Numbered from the stretch's first letter, positions 19,624-30,532 are shown. The stretch: 64,000 nucleotides of DNA from an uncultured delta proteobacterium (GCA_963727445.1 CAVSGI010000015.1:128001-192000); one strand, 5' to 3'. Notes: generated from the letters alone by a model not told the origin. Numbers and translations: made by a program.

Positions 19624-20946
19624 GTGAGCGGCGACGAATGGGCGGTCGACGCGACCGTGAAGACCGACGATGCGCTCCTGGTGCGGCGCTTCTCGCTTCG
19701 CGTCCTCGAGGGTCCGGACGCCGGCGAGGTCTGGCGCTCGAATGCCGACGCCTGCTCGATCGGCACCAACGCGGCCAACGATCTCGTGTTGAGCGACCTG
19801 ACGGTCTCGCGCTTTCACGCGGAGGTCCGGATCGAGGAGCGAGGCGCGCGGCTCCGCGACCTCGGGAGCAGCAACGGGACGCGCCTCGACGGAACGAAGG
19901 TGCTCGACGCGCTCCCGCGCAACGGGAGCCTCATCCGCATCGGGCGCACGACCCTGGCATTCGACGTAGGCCAGAGCCGCAACCGGCTGCCCATCAGCGA
20001 GCACCGGCGCTTCGGCACGCTGGTCGGCGAGTCGGCGGCGCTACGCGCGGTCTTCTCGACCCTCGAGAAGGTCGCCCCCACCGACGTGACGGTGTTGATC
20101 GAGGGGGAGACGGGCACCGGCAAAGAAGAAGTGGCCACCAGCATCCACCAGGGCAGCGCGCGCGCCGACCAGGAGATGGTGGTGGTGGACTGTGGGGCGA
20201 TCCCGGCGAACCTGATCGAGAGCTACCTCTTCGGCCACGAAGCCGGCGCCTTCACCGGAGCCACGTCGGCACGCGCCGGCGCCTTCGAGGAGGCAGACGG
20301 CGGCACCCTGCTCCTGGACGAGATCGGAGAGCTGCCCCTCGAGATGCAACCCAAGCTGCTGCGCGTCCTCGAAGCCCGTGAGGTGCGGCGGATCGGAAGC
20401 ACCCACGAGCGCCCGGTGGACGTGCGCGTCGTCGCCGCCACGAACCGCGACCTCCGTCGAGAAGTGAGCGAAGGACGGTTTCGCGAGGATCTCTACTACC
20501 GTCTCGCCGTGGTGCGGGTGACGATCCCTCCGCTCCGCGAGCGGCCCGAGGACATCCCCGTCCTGGTCGACGATCTTCTCGGACGGCTGCGCCTCGATGA
20601 CGAGGCGCGCGAGCGGCTCTCCTCTGCCGAGCATCTCGCCGCTCTCCGAGCTGGGGCGTGGCCCGGCAACGTCCGCGAGCTCCGCAATCACCTCGAGCGG
20701 GCGGCGCTCTTCGACGACGTGGTCATCACCGCTCCTTCCGGCGCCAGCTCCCTCGACAATCTCGTCGATCCGACGCTGCCCTACGCCGAAGCGCGGCGGC
20801 GCGTCCTCGAGCTCTTCGAGGCGAGCTACGGGCGCGCGCTCGTCGAGCGTCACGGAGGCAACGTCAGCAAGGCGGCGCGCGAGGCCGGGATGGGGCGGAC
20901 CTACCTTCACCGGATCCTCAAGCGCCACGGCTACCGGCGGGAGTGA
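19624..20946 (+). CDS. FHA-domain sigma54-dependent enhancer-binding protein (FHA-AAA+-Fis HTH)
   Basis: [66 protein letters not shown]. Confidence 0.95.
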   Translation: MSGDEWAVDATVKTDDALLVRRFSLRVLEGPDAGEVWRSNADACSIGTNAANDLVLSDLTVSRFHAEVRIEERGARLRDLGSSNGTRLDGTKVLDALPRNGSLIRIGRTTLAFDVGQSRNRLPISEHRRFGTLVGESAALRAVFSTLEKVAPTDVTVLIEGETGTGKEEVATSIHQGSARADQEMVVVDCGAIPANLIESYLFGHEAGAFTGATSARAGAFEEADGGTLLLDEIGELPLEMQPKLLRVLEAREVRRIGSTHERPVDVRVVAATNRDLRREVSEGRFREDLYYRLAVVRVTIPPLRERPEDIPVLVDDLLGRLRLDDEARERLSSAEHLAALRAGAWPGNVRELRNHLERAALFDDVVITAPSGASSLDNLVDPTLPYAEARRRVLELFEASYGRALVERHGGNVSKAAREAGMGRTYLHRILKRHGYRRE

Positions 20947-21056
20947 GCGCGCTCGGCTCCCGTGAGGAGCGCGAACGTGTCCCCTCCGCGTGTACACCCA
21001 CCGGGCACGCCCGGTCTCTCGGCGCGCTGCCCATCGTGAACACGAGCGATTTCGGA

Positions 21057-21072
21057 AGGCACGAGCCTTGCC
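21057..21072 (+). promoter_or_regulatory. Putative sigma54 promoter
   Basis: AGGCACG-AGCC-TTGCC, near consensus TGGCACG-N4-TTGC; GGAGG at 21086-21090; ATG 21097. Confidence 0.75.
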
Positions 21073-21096
21073 TTGGCCGGGGGGCGGAGGTTCTCG

Positions 21097-23631
21097 ATGT
21101 CGCTTCGCCCGCTGCTCTGGCTCTCTGTGCCCCTGACCCTCGCACTCGCGTGCGCGCCGCCGAGCGCCGTCGACGGCGCCGATGGGGGCGCCGCGCCCGA
21201 CGGCAGCGTTGGCGACGATGGGGGTGGTGGCGGCGACGCCGCGCGGCGACCTCCTACGGGCGACCCCATCGCGCGCTTCTTTGCGTCACACCTGAGCCAC
21301 GCCGACTCGGGAGGTGCCGCGTCGGAAGTGGTCGCGATCCTCCGCGACACCGCGGGCGTCGAACGGGACGAGGTCGTCCCGGTCTCTCTGCCTTTCGCGC
21401 GCGGCCAGGTGAGCGACCTCTCCACCCTGGCGCTGGTCGATGCTGCGAACGGAGAGAGCTTCGACACGAGCTGGCAGCCGATCCGCCATTGGCGTGACGG
21501 CACTGTCCACACCGCGATCGCGCACGCGCGGATCTCCCTCGGTCGCAGCGAGACGCGCCGCCTGGCGCTCGCGACCGACGCCACGTCCACCGACGCCGCC
21601 TTCCAGCCGCACCCCTGCGTCGGCGATCCCGCGAACGCGCTGCTGGAGGTGGAGGTCCGCGATCGACCGGGGGCGACCTACGCGTTCGACGCCAGCGCCC
21701 CCGACGCCCACGACCGGGTGGAGGTCGTCAGGGAGGACCCCTTCGGGCAGACGGTCCGGATCGACGGTTGGCTGCGCACCAGCGATTCCCTCGGTGTCAC
21801 CTACGATGACGGGACGCCCCGCGACTTCCTGCACGTCATCGCCTACGTGCGGACGCCCTCCGCCCTCGCCCCGCCCGTCGTCACCGTCGAGCTCGCGCTC
21901 GCGAACGACTACCTGGGCTGGGGCAATCCCACCGAGGGCTACGGCGACGATGAGCTCGGACCGCCGCCGAGCGACGACCCCACCTTCTTCCCCCTCGGCC
22001 CGGTGCTCGTCGCCGACGCGCGCGTGCACCTCCGCGGCGGCTCGAGCACCGTCGCCTTTCTCGAGGACGCGAACGGCCTCGAGCGGATCGAAGGCGAGGG
22101 CGAGACGACCTTCGTCCTCGGCCGAGACTTTCTCCTCGCCGACCACCAGCGTCTGGGCACCCGCTACCGGGTGGGCTACGCGTGCGAGACCGAGGGGACG
22201 CCCAGCGAAACCGCGCTCGCCGCCTCGGTCGAGCACGCGCTCCTCGGCATCGCCACCCCCACCGCCCACGCCGATGCCGGAGCGCTGGGTCTCGTCGGCA
22301 CCCTCGACGTAGGCGCGATCCCCAACGACGCCGCGGCGCGCGCGAGCGACGAGCTGGACGGATGGCCGAGCCTCGACGCCGATCCGTTCTCGTCCTTCGG
22401 CGAGTCGAAGACGCCGAACGGCGGTGGCGGCTCTCCGCTCATGGGTGCGATCAGCGAGCCCTACCTGCGCATGATCCTCACGGGCGACCCGCGCTATGCC
22501 GACAAGCTCCGCCAAGCCGCCCTCAACCGACTCAAGTGGCCCGAGTGGCTCCACGGGCTCGGAGCCCACCGCGCCGACGTCGACCTCTTCTGGCAGCAGG
22601 GGATCCACTTCGCCTCTCGCAACCAGCTCGGCCGCCCCCGCGAGAGCCAGTGGCGCACGGCGGTGCTCCATCCGGAGCTCGCGCCCGCGGACCTGCCCGA
22701 GGGTTATCCGCACGACTACCCCGGCAACGACAGCCAGCACTGGACGATCAATGCCCTCGTCGATCACTTCGCGGTCACGGGCGAACGCTGGGCCTGGGAC
22801 GCCGTCCGTGACGAGGCCATCCTTCTGACGCGCGCGCTCCCCAACGAAGGCTATGCATCCGCACCGAGCGGCCAGAACCGCAACGAGCGCGAGACGGGGT
22901 GGACCTTCTATGCGATGGCCCAGGCCATCGCCATCGGAGTCGATGTCGACGCGGACCGACCGCTGACCACCTGGCTCGAGGACCGTACGCGCCTCCTCGT
23001 GGAGGCGAGCGACAATCCCTTGGAAGCCGGCGCGACGCCACCGGTCTTCACCGCTCACACGCCGGACGCGCGATCTGGCTACGATCTCGTCGGCGCTCGC
23101 GACTACCGCATGTCCATCACCTGGATGGTCGGGATTGCGATCCTCGGCGGCGTCGCCGCCTACGAGCATGCCGGGATCGACGAGGCGCTGGAGGGCCTGG
23201 TGGCGCCGGCGCTGCGCTCCCTCGCCGATGGCTATGAGCGCGACTTCACAGATCCGGTCACCGGGGCGCACTTCACACACGGTCTGCGCTACATGACGAT
23301 GACGCACCTCGACGAAGGCTCGGGCCTGGTTCGCATCCATCCGCGCCAGGCCGACGCGCTGCGTTCGGAGGGTGCGGGCCTGTCGCTGGGGAGCACCCGC
23401 CGCTTCTCCTTCACCGGCGTGACCGCCGCCGTCGCCTTGTTGCCCGAGGGTAGCTACGAGCGCTCCATCGCGCAGTGCGTCGGCTCGGCGCTCTACGACT
23501 CGGGAACCGGCACCCGTGAGCGCTCCGCGTGGGAGCGCTACGATCTGCTGGGTGCCGGCTTCGACTACGACACTTCGGGCTGCGCCGCGATGATCGCCGC
23601 CCGCGACGCCGCGTATTCGTCTGCACCCTGA
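21097..23631 (+). CDS. Large lipoprotein, PcRGLX/YetA-like (RIFT barrel + alpha/alpha barrel), putative glycan-acting enzyme
   Basis: LALAC lipobox; VPVSLPFARGQV..LALVD..WQPIRHWRDGTV; DSQHW..LVDHFAVTGE; RETGW. Confidence 0.6.
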   Translation: MSLRPLLWLSVPLTLALACAPPSAVDGADGGAAPDGSVGDDGGGGGDAARRPPTGDPIARFFASHLSHADSGGAASEVVAILRDTAGVERDEVVPVSLPFARGQVSDLSTLALVDAANGESFDTSWQPIRHWRDGTVHTAIAHARISLGRSETRRLALATDATSTDAAFQPHPCVGDPANALLEVEVRDRPGATYAFDASAPDAHDRVEVVREDPFGQTVRIDGWLRTSDSLGVTYDDGTPRDFLHVIAYVRTPSALAPPVVTVELALANDYLGWGNPTEGYGDDELGPPPSDDPTFFPLGPVLVADARVHLRGGSSTVAFLEDANGLERIEGEGETTFVLGRDFLLADHQRLGTRYRVGYACETEGTPSETALAASVEHALLGIATPTAHADAGALGLVGTLDVGAIPNDAAARASDELDGWPSLDADPFSSFGESKTPNGGGGSPLMGAISEPYLRMILTGDPRYADKLRQAALNRLKWPEWLHGLGAHRADVDLFWQQGIHFASRNQLGRPRESQWRTAVLHPELAPADLPEGYPHDYPGNDSQHWTINALVDHFAVTGERWAWDAVRDEAILLTRALPNEGYASAPSGQNRNERETGWTFYAMAQAIAIGVDVDADRPLTTWLEDRTRLLVEASDNPLEAGATPPVFTAHTPDARSGYDLVGARDYRMSITWMVGIAILGGVAAYEHAGIDEALEGLVAPALRSLADGYERDFTDPVTGAHFTHGLRYMTMTHLDEGSGLVRIHPRQADALRSEGAGLSLGSTRRFSFTGVTAAVALLPEGSYERSIAQCVGSALYDSGTGTRERSAWERYDLLGAGFDYDTSGCAAMIAARDAAYSSAP

Positions 23632-23684
23632 GGTGGGCGAGCCGGCTCGGACTCGGCGAACCCGCGTCAGAAGCTTCTGATCGA

Positions 23685-23873
23685 ATGTATGCTCGTGGCG
23701 GCCAATCCGAGTACGGGATCGCGGGCAACGACAACCCGCTGGTGATCGCGCTCGGTCAGGAGTCCTCGGAAGAGGGCAGCTCGACGCCGGGATCGTCGAC
23801 CCTGAACGATGGCGTCCTCGACGAGCTCCGCCTCAGCTCGGTCCGGCGGGACTTCAGCCTCGTCGCACCCTGA
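23685..23873 (+). pseudogene. C-terminal remnant of a LamG/concanavalin-like domain protein
   Basis: NPLVIALGQE...DGVLDELRLSSVRR resembles a LamG C-terminus; no N-terminal part present. Confidence 0.45.
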
Positions 23874-23917
23874 ATCGCGGACCGCTCGCGGAGCGGTGCT
23901 GTTAGGATGCGGCTCCC

Positions 23918-25243
23918 ATGGAGGTCAACTTCGACGGCATCGTCGGCCCGACGCACAACTACGCGGGGCTCTCGCTGGGTAACGTCGCCTCCGCGACCCA
24001 CGGCGGGCAGACCTCGCGACCGCGCGCGGCGGCGCTTCAGGGCCTCGACAAGATGAAGGCGCTCTTCGATCTGGGCGTTCGCCAGGCGGTGCTCCCACCG
24101 CACGAGCGTCCGCACCTGCCGACGCTCCGTCGCCTGGGCTTCTCCGGTTCGGACGCCGACGTCCTCGCTGCGGCCGCCGAGGAGCCCCCTCTGCTGGCGG
24201 TCGTGAGCTCGGCGTCGGCGATGTGGGCGGCGAACGCGGCGACCGTCGCGCCCAGCGCGGACACGCGCGATGGTCGGGTGCACCTCACCCCGGCCAACCT
24301 CCGCGCGACGCTCCATCGCTCCATCGAGCCGCCCGCCACGCGCGCGATCCTCGAGCGCATCTTCGCCGCGCCGGCTTTCGTCGTTCACGAGCCGCTCCCC
24401 GGGAGCGCACATCTGGGCGACGAGGGGGCGGCGAACCACACCCGCCTCGTCGCGCCAGGGCGCGAGGCCCTCCACGTCTTCGTGTACGGACAGACGGCGC
24501 TCGACAGCGCGACCGCTCGGCCGACGCGCTACCCAGCGCGCCAGACCCTCGAAGCCTCGCGCGCCGTCGCCCGCTTGCATCAGCTCGACCCGGCGCGATG
24601 CCTCTTCGTCCACCAGAACCCCGAGGTCGTCGACCGGGGTGTGTTCCACAACGACGTGATCGCCGTGGGTCACGACAACGTGCTGCTTCATCACGAGCTG
24701 GCCTTCGTGGGCGGCGACCGGGTGGTCGACGAGATGCGTTCGCTCCTGGATGGCGACCTCGAGACGATCCGGATCAGCGAGAGCGAAGCGAGCGTCGACG
24801 AGGTCGTCGCGTCGTACCTCTTCAACTCGCAGATCGTGAGCACCGCCGAGGGCAGGCGGATCCTCGTCGCCCCGACCGACTGCCGCGAACGCGCCGCGAC
24901 ACGGCGTGTCGTCGACAGGATCGTCGAGGGTCGGTCCCCCATCGACGACGCTCTCTACCTCGATGTCCGTCAGAGCATGGACAATGGAGGCGGCCCGGCC
25001 TGTCTGCGCCTGCGCGTCGAGCTCACGGACGAGGAGTGGGGCGCCGTGCTGCCGAGCGTTCGCTTCGACGACGCGCTCCACGAGAGGCTCCGCGCCTGGG
25101 TGGAGAAGCACTACCGCGAGGAGCTCCATCCCGACGACCTCTCGGATCCCGCGCTGCTCCGCGAATCGAGACGAGCCCTCGACGCGCTGACCCAGATCCT
25201 GGGTCTCGGCAGCGTCTACGCGTTTCAGCGATCCGCTGCGTGA
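23918..25243 (+). CDS. astB: N-succinylarginine dihydrolase
   Basis: EVNFDGIVGPTHNYAGLSLGN, SAMWAANAATV, GDEGAANH, GVFHNDVI, SMDNGGGPACLRLRV. Confidence 0.97.
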   Translation: MEVNFDGIVGPTHNYAGLSLGNVASATHGGQTSRPRAAALQGLDKMKALFDLGVRQAVLPPHERPHLPTLRRLGFSGSDADVLAAAAEEPPLLAVVSSASAMWAANAATVAPSADTRDGRVHLTPANLRATLHRSIEPPATRAILERIFAAPAFVVHEPLPGSAHLGDEGAANHTRLVAPGREALHVFVYGQTALDSATARPTRYPARQTLEASRAVARLHQLDPARCLFVHQNPEVVDRGVFHNDVIAVGHDNVLLHHELAFVGGDRVVDEMRSLLDGDLETIRISESEASVDEVVASYLFNSQIVSTAEGRRILVAPTDCRERAATRRVVDRIVEGRSPIDDALYLDVRQSMDNGGGPACLRLRVELTDEEWGAVLPSVRFDDALHERLRAWVEKHYREELHPDDLSDPALLRESRRALDALTQILGLGSVYAFQRSAA

Positions 25244-25312
25244 GCGATCGGCGCGCCCTTGGCCAACGTCGAGATGGACCCCGCCTCGGAGCGAGCCTCT
25301 TCACGAGGCAGG

Positions 25313-25897
25313 TCAGCCCGCGGTGGCCGGCGGATGCGGCGGCCCGACCACCCCGCAGGCGATGGGCTCGGCGGCGCCAGCGGGCGACTGGTCACCGGTG
25401 TGCGGACCAGCGTGAACGACGATCGCATGTCCGACGACGCTGGGTCGCTGATCGCCTCCGACCGACAGCGTCTCGAGCCTGCGGGTCACGTCGACCCGGC
25501 CTCGGTCGTCGGCCGTGAAGTCGCCCATGTCCCCCACATCGCGCCCGTTGGCAGCGAGGGGAGCCTCCTCGCCGGCGCTGTTCATGCTGTCTGCGTCACA
25601 ATCGCCGCCCTCGTCGATCCGGAACGAGTGTGCGCTGTGCGGCGCGAGGCCGCTGATATCCACGTGCATCTGCACGGCATCTCCGAGGCGCTTGAAAGTG
25701 ACGCTGCCTGCGACATCGTCGTTCCCCTCGGTGGGAAGGAGCACCGCGCCCGCTTCGGGCGCTTCACTCGCTTCGGTCTCTTCGACGTGCGTCTGGTCGA
25801 TCGCCTCCGAGGGTGATTCCACTCCGATCTGATCACAGCCGGTGAGCATCGTGATCTGCGCCGCTACGAGAATCGTGACTCGAATGATCTGTTTCAT
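25313..25897 (-). CDS. Cu/Zn superoxide dismutase-fold lipoprotein with degenerate metal ligands
   Basis: LTGC lipobox; GSVTF, ISGL, GDC, GDMGD, VVGHAIVVH, IACGVVG; HxH replaced by RID. Confidence 0.75.
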   Translation of the reverse strand: MKQIIRVTILVAAQITMLTGCDQIGVESPSEAIDQTHVEETEASEAPEAGAVLLPTEGNDDVAGSVTFKRLGDAVQMHVDISGLAPHSAHSFRIDEGGDCDADSMNSAGEEAPLAANGRDVGDMGDFTADDRGRVDVTRRLETLSVGGDQRPSVVGHAIVVHAGPHTGDQSPAGAAEPIACGVVGPPHPPATAG

Positions 25898-25923
25898 CTG
25901 TGGCCCTTTCTCGCTCGAGGAGC

Positions 25924-25939
25924 AGCAACAGACGTGCCA
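25924..25939 (-). promoter_or_regulatory. Sigma54 promoter (consensus match)
   Basis: Minus strand TGGCACG-TCTG-TTGCT upstream of ATG 25897. Confidence 0.8.
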
Positions 25940-26070
25940 TTCCGAGGCGGCCGGATGTCGCGGGTGACCCGCGAACAGCGCCGCTTTTCGTGTCGAGATG
26001 CCACGATCGTGGCAGTTCACGACAGCTCCGCGTCGCCCGCTCGTCCCGCATTTCGTGTGATGCTCTGGGC

Positions 26071-27721
26071 GTGGCTCTGGACCGCGAGGCTGCCAGCGAA
26101 TGGTTGGGTGAAGTCGTCGGGGCGGGTCGCTATCGGCTCGAGGCCGTCCTCGGCGGCGGCGGGATGGGGGTCGTCTTCGGTGCGCGCGACCTGCGCGACC
26201 AGCGCAGAGTCGCCCTGAAGCTGCTCCACCCCGACCTCGACGAAGAGGGAAAGTACGCCGCGAGATTTCGCCGCGAGGCGGAGCTCGCCTCGGCGGTGGA
26301 GCATCCACACATCGTGCGCCTGCTGGACTCAGGCGCAGGCGAAGGCGAGGCCCCTTTCCTCGTGATGGAGCTCCTCGAGGGCGAGTCCCTCGACGCACGG
26401 ATTCGAGCGGGAAAGCGCGCTCGACACGGCGTTCGTCGTGCAGATCGGCCGCGAGATCGCGTCGGCGCTCGATGTCGTCCACTCCATCGGAGTCATCCAC
26501 CGCGACCTCAAGCCGGCCAACGTCATGCTGGTGGAACAGGGCGGGACCGAGCACGCGAAGGTCGTCGACTTCGGCCTGGCACGCCTGATGGAAGGGCGGG
26601 GCTACGAGAAGCTCACGAGGACCGGGCAGGTCGTGGGCACGCCCGCCTACATGGCGCCGGAGCAGCTCTTCGGAGGACGGATGGACGAGCGCACCGACGT
26701 CTATGCGCTCGGCGCGCTGCTCTACACCGCGCTCGCCGGAGGCCGGCCCTACTCGGGCGAGCCCGCCGAGCTTCTCGCGAAGGTCCTCGCCGGCGAGCAC
26801 CGGAGCCTGCGCGAGGTCGCTCCGCTGGTCCCGCCCCGACTCGCCGAGATCGTCGAGCGCGCCATGTCACCCGAAGCGGCGGATCGCTTCGCCACGATGG
26901 GCGAGCTCGCGGACGCCCTGTCGTCGCTCGCCTCCGGGCCGCTGTCCTCCCTCGTCGGATGGAAGCCCGCCGTGCCCATCGAGACGCTGAGGCAACGGGC
27001 GGAGAGGCTCGAGCAGCCACGAGACGAGCCGCCGCCCGAGAGCCCCGTCACCGTGGTGAGCTCCCCGCCTCGACCGTCCCGCCGCGTCTTGCTGCTCGCC
27101 GGATTCGCGGCCGCGCTCCTCGGCGCGTTGGTGGTCGGCGCCGTCCTCTTCTTCGCGGGGCCGAAAGGCGCCTCGGTGGTCGCGGTTTCGGACGGTCCCG
27201 TTCTTCCTGCCGTGACTCCGGTGTCCGTGGTGGAGGATGCCGCGATCCAGCCGCAGGATGCCTCCCCGCCCGATGCGACCGACGACGGTGAGAAGCGCCG
27301 GGGCGCCGCGAGCAGCGAGGCGCCCGAGGTCGCACGCGTTCACCGGCGACAGCCGCCACCTTCCTCGGCGCCGCAGCATCACGACGCGGGATCAGCGTCG
27401 CGCATCCGGATCTCCATCGTTCACATGGAGCGAGACGAAGCGCTGTCGGAGGCGAGCATCCGGCGGGGTTTCGCGCGCCAACGGGGCGCGATCGAACGTT
27501 GCCTGGCTGGGCTTTCGTCGCTGCCGCCGCGGCCCCTCGAGGCCGAGGTCTCTCTGGGAGTGGCCGAGAACGGAGCGGTACCCGGTTTCGGCGGGCACTT
27601 TCCGAATGGTGCTCATGGGTGCTTCAGCAGTCTCCAAGACGAACGGTACTCGCGTCGGCCATCGCCGCGGCCGACGGCGACCGTCCGGATCACCATCAGC
27701 ATCGAGGACGCTGGTGAGTAG
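26071..27721 (+). CDS. Membrane Ser/Thr protein kinase with one +1 frameshift at ~26403
   Basis: GGGGMGVV, VALK, HPHIV in one frame; HRDLKPAN, DFGLA, GTPAYMAPE and TM in the next. Confidence 0.85.
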
Positions 27722-27795
27722 ACGCGGGCGCGATCGCCTCATCGGCCCTTAATGAAGGGCGTGACGATTCTGTATGGACCTGTCGGAGAAGGCCC

Positions 27796-28776
27796 ATGCA
27801 CCCATTCGACTCCGCGCGATTTGCTTCCCTCTGTCTCGGGCTCGCCCTGACGCTCGCCGCCGGTTGCCACGATGGCTCCCGAAGCCGCGGTCCCGACCTC
27901 GTCCCCCCGACCGACGCCGGCGCCACGAGCGACGCCGCGACCGACGACGCCGAGGTCGTGACGCCGCCCGACGGAGGTGCCGACGCCTCCATCGCCTGCG
28001 CCCTGGGTCCGGAGGACGACTGGCCTTCCTGCACCGATGGGTGCAGCAACGACGGCGACCCCTACGTCGACTGCGATGATCGCGACTGTTGCGCCGTCCT
28101 CGCCGACTGCCCGGCGACGACCTGGTGCGGAGGCGGCGAGTCCATGGATGACGCGGGCGCCGCGACATGCACGCCCGGCCCCGAAGACTCGGCGGCGCTC
28201 TGCAGCGACGGTTGCAGCAACGACGGCGACCCGTTCGTGGACTGCGACGACTACGACTGCTGCGACGCGGTCTCTTGCCCGGCGAGCAGCGCGTGCGGCA
28301 CGCGGAGCACCACCCCCAGCGACTTCGTCAGCACCCGAGCGACGGAGTGCGTCGGAAGCGGATCGGTCTGGTACACGTTCTCGGGGGAGAGCTACGAGAT
28401 GGTCACGGTCGCCTTCGCGACGAGCTCGGGCTATCAGGTCTTCGGCTACACGAGGGGAGACATCACCAGCGGCCCCTTTCCACTCACCGGCACCACGGGG
28501 GAGCGACAGGTACGCGTGGCCGACCTCGGCTCGGGCCTGCAGATGGCGCTCTCACGCTGGGGTGGCAGCTCGTGGACGGACAGCGAGGGCGGCGCCGCGA
28601 GCTTCTCGGACAGCACCACCGTGAACCTCGCGACGGACGCCGACGCTCGCTACGCCACCCACGCGTGCGTCGGCTACGTGGAAGGCTCGGCCACCGCACC
28701 GGTGCTCGGCGGCGTCGACTTCATGCACTTCGAGTTCGTGGCGCCGGTGCTCGGCCTCGCGTTTCCGGGGATCTGA
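27796..28776 (+). CDS. Cys-rich repeat lipoprotein
   Basis: LAAGC lipobox; two CxDGCSNDGDPxVDCDDxDCC repeats. Confidence 0.75.
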   Translation: MHPFDSARFASLCLGLALTLAAGCHDGSRSRGPDLVPPTDAGATSDAATDDAEVVTPPDGGADASIACALGPEDDWPSCTDGCSNDGDPYVDCDDRDCCAVLADCPATTWCGGGESMDDAGAATCTPGPEDSAALCSDGCSNDGDPFVDCDDYDCCDAVSCPASSACGTRSTTPSDFVSTRATECVGSGSVWYTFSGESYEMVTVAFATSSGYQVFGYTRGDITSGPFPLTGTTGERQVRVADLGSGLQMALSRWGGSSWTDSEGGAASFSDSTTVNLATDADARYATHACVGYVEGSATAPVLGGVDFMHFEFVAPVLGLAFPGI

Positions 28777-28847
28777 AGAAGCTCGACGGACGGTGTCGGC
28801 GGGAAGGCGGTTGGCTTCCGTGGAAGCTGGAAACGAGACCGCTGAGT

Positions 28848-30521
28848 GTGCATCCTGTCCTCGTGACGTCCACAGCGGCGCCCCTTCACACCCCGCATCT
28901 GCTCACAGCATGCGGCCTCGTCCTCGGGCTGACCGCCGTCGGCTGTCACGGCTGTGACGACTCCCCTCGCGCGACCGATGCCGGAGACGCTCGGCCCCCC
29001 GTAGACGCGGCGGGTGACACCGGAGCCGCCCCGGAGAACACCCTCGCGGCGTGCATGGATGGTCGCGACAACGACACCGATGGACGGTCCGACTGCGACG
29101 ACCCGGACTGCGCGGCGTTCTGCGGTCCGGCCAGCTGCACGGTCAGCGACGGGCTCGACGGCACACCTGGGCCCTGCGAGGTACGCGCTCCGCCGAACAG
29201 CTTCGAGCCAGACATCCAGTGGGCTTGGAGCGGCGAGGGCGAGGACGTCCTCAGCGTGGTCATTCCGCTGGTGGCCAATCTGAGCGACGACAACTCCGAC
29301 GGCGCCATCGACCTCTGCGACGTTCCCGACGTCGTGGTGATCGCCTCACCCGGCATTCAGGGTACCCTCCTCGCCCCGGGCCATGTGTACGTGCTGGATG
29401 GCGCGACGGGGGCGATGATCCGGCGCTTCGAGCATCCCGTCAGCCCGGTCGTCCACCCGGCGCTCGGCGACCTCGACGATGACGGGATCCCCGAGATCGT
29501 GGCCTACACACTCGACGACGAGCTCATCTGCTTCGAGCACGATGGCACGGTCAAGTGGACCACGCCGGCGATCGGCGGGAGTTCGGTGGCGCTCGCCGAC
29601 ATGGACAACGATGGAGACGTCGAGATCAGCTACGGGCCAGCGATCTTCGATCACCGTGGCGAAGTGGTGGTCGCGATGGCGCTCGCCAGTTATGGAGGGC
29701 TCGCCACGTTTGCGGACATGGACGGTGACGGAGACCTCGAGCTCGTCATGTCCGGTGGGATCGTCGAGACGGACGGGACCGTCTCCGTGACCTTCGAGGT
29801 AGCTGGACTGTATCCGCATGTGGCTGACTTCGACCTCGACGGCCTGCCGGAGGTGCTCATCACCGGCGTCGACGGGATTCACATGTTCGAGCACGATGGC
29901 GCGCGGATCTTCGGCCCCCTGGTCCCCAGCGGCGCGCCGATGGAGTGGGGTCGGCCTGCGGCGGTGCACAACATGGATGCCGACGCTGCTCCCGAATTCG
30001 TCGTGGCCAACGCCCACCAGCTCCACGTGTTCTCCGCGGATGGATCGGAAGAGTGGAGTGCACCCATCGTCGACGAGAGCGGAGCCGCGGGCGCCACGGC
30101 TTTCGATTTCCTGGGCGATGGCTCGGCCGAGGCGATGTACGCCGACGAAGAGTCGCTCTACGTGTTCGGTGCGATGGGCGATGTCCTGCTAGAGACGCCT
30201 CGCACCAGCGTCACGTTGACCGAATATCCGGTCGTCGCCGACATCGACAACGACGGATCGGCCGAGATTCTCGTCGTCTCCAATCATTTGATCACCGACC
30301 CCAGCGTGCGCTCCGCTCCGACGCTGCAGGCGATCCGAGACGTCGACGACCGCTGGATTCAAGCCCGTCGGATCTGGAATCAGCACACGTACCACGTGAC
30401 CAACGTTCGCGAGGACGGCACGGTGCCGCAGTTCGAAGCGCCTGCCTGGGAAGCGCTGAACACGTTCCGAACGAACGCTCAGATCGAGGGCGATCGCGTC
30501 TGCGTACCCGACCTGATCTGA
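28848..30521 (+). CDS. FG-GAP/VCBS repeat lipoprotein with Cys-rich N-terminal motif
   Basis: AVGC lipobox; CMDGRDNDTDGRSDCDDPDC; GDLDDDGIPEI, DMDNDGDVEI, FDFLGDG, EYPVVADIDNDG, WNQHTYHVTNV; start approximate. Confidence 0.8.
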   Translation: MHPVLVTSTAAPLHTPHLLTACGLVLGLTAVGCHGCDDSPRATDAGDARPPVDAAGDTGAAPENTLAACMDGRDNDTDGRSDCDDPDCAAFCGPASCTVSDGLDGTPGPCEVRAPPNSFEPDIQWAWSGEGEDVLSVVIPLVANLSDDNSDGAIDLCDVPDVVVIASPGIQGTLLAPGHVYVLDGATGAMIRRFEHPVSPVVHPALGDLDDDGIPEIVAYTLDDELICFEHDGTVKWTTPAIGGSSVALADMDNDGDVEISYGPAIFDHRGEVVVAMALASYGGLATFADMDGDGDLELVMSGGIVETDGTVSVTFEVAGLYPHVADFDLDGLPEVLITGVDGIHMFEHDGARIFGPLVPSGAPMEWGRPAAVHNMDADAAPEFVVANAHQLHVFSADGSEEWSAPIVDESGAAGATAFDFLGDGSAEAMYADEESLYVFGAMGDVLLETPRTSVTLTEYPVVADIDNDGSAEILVVSNHLITDPSVRSAPTLQAIRDVDDRWIQARRIWNQHTYHVTNVREDGTVPQFEAPAWEALNTFRTNAQIEGDRVCVPDLI

Positions 30522-30532
30522 GACGAGCCGCC

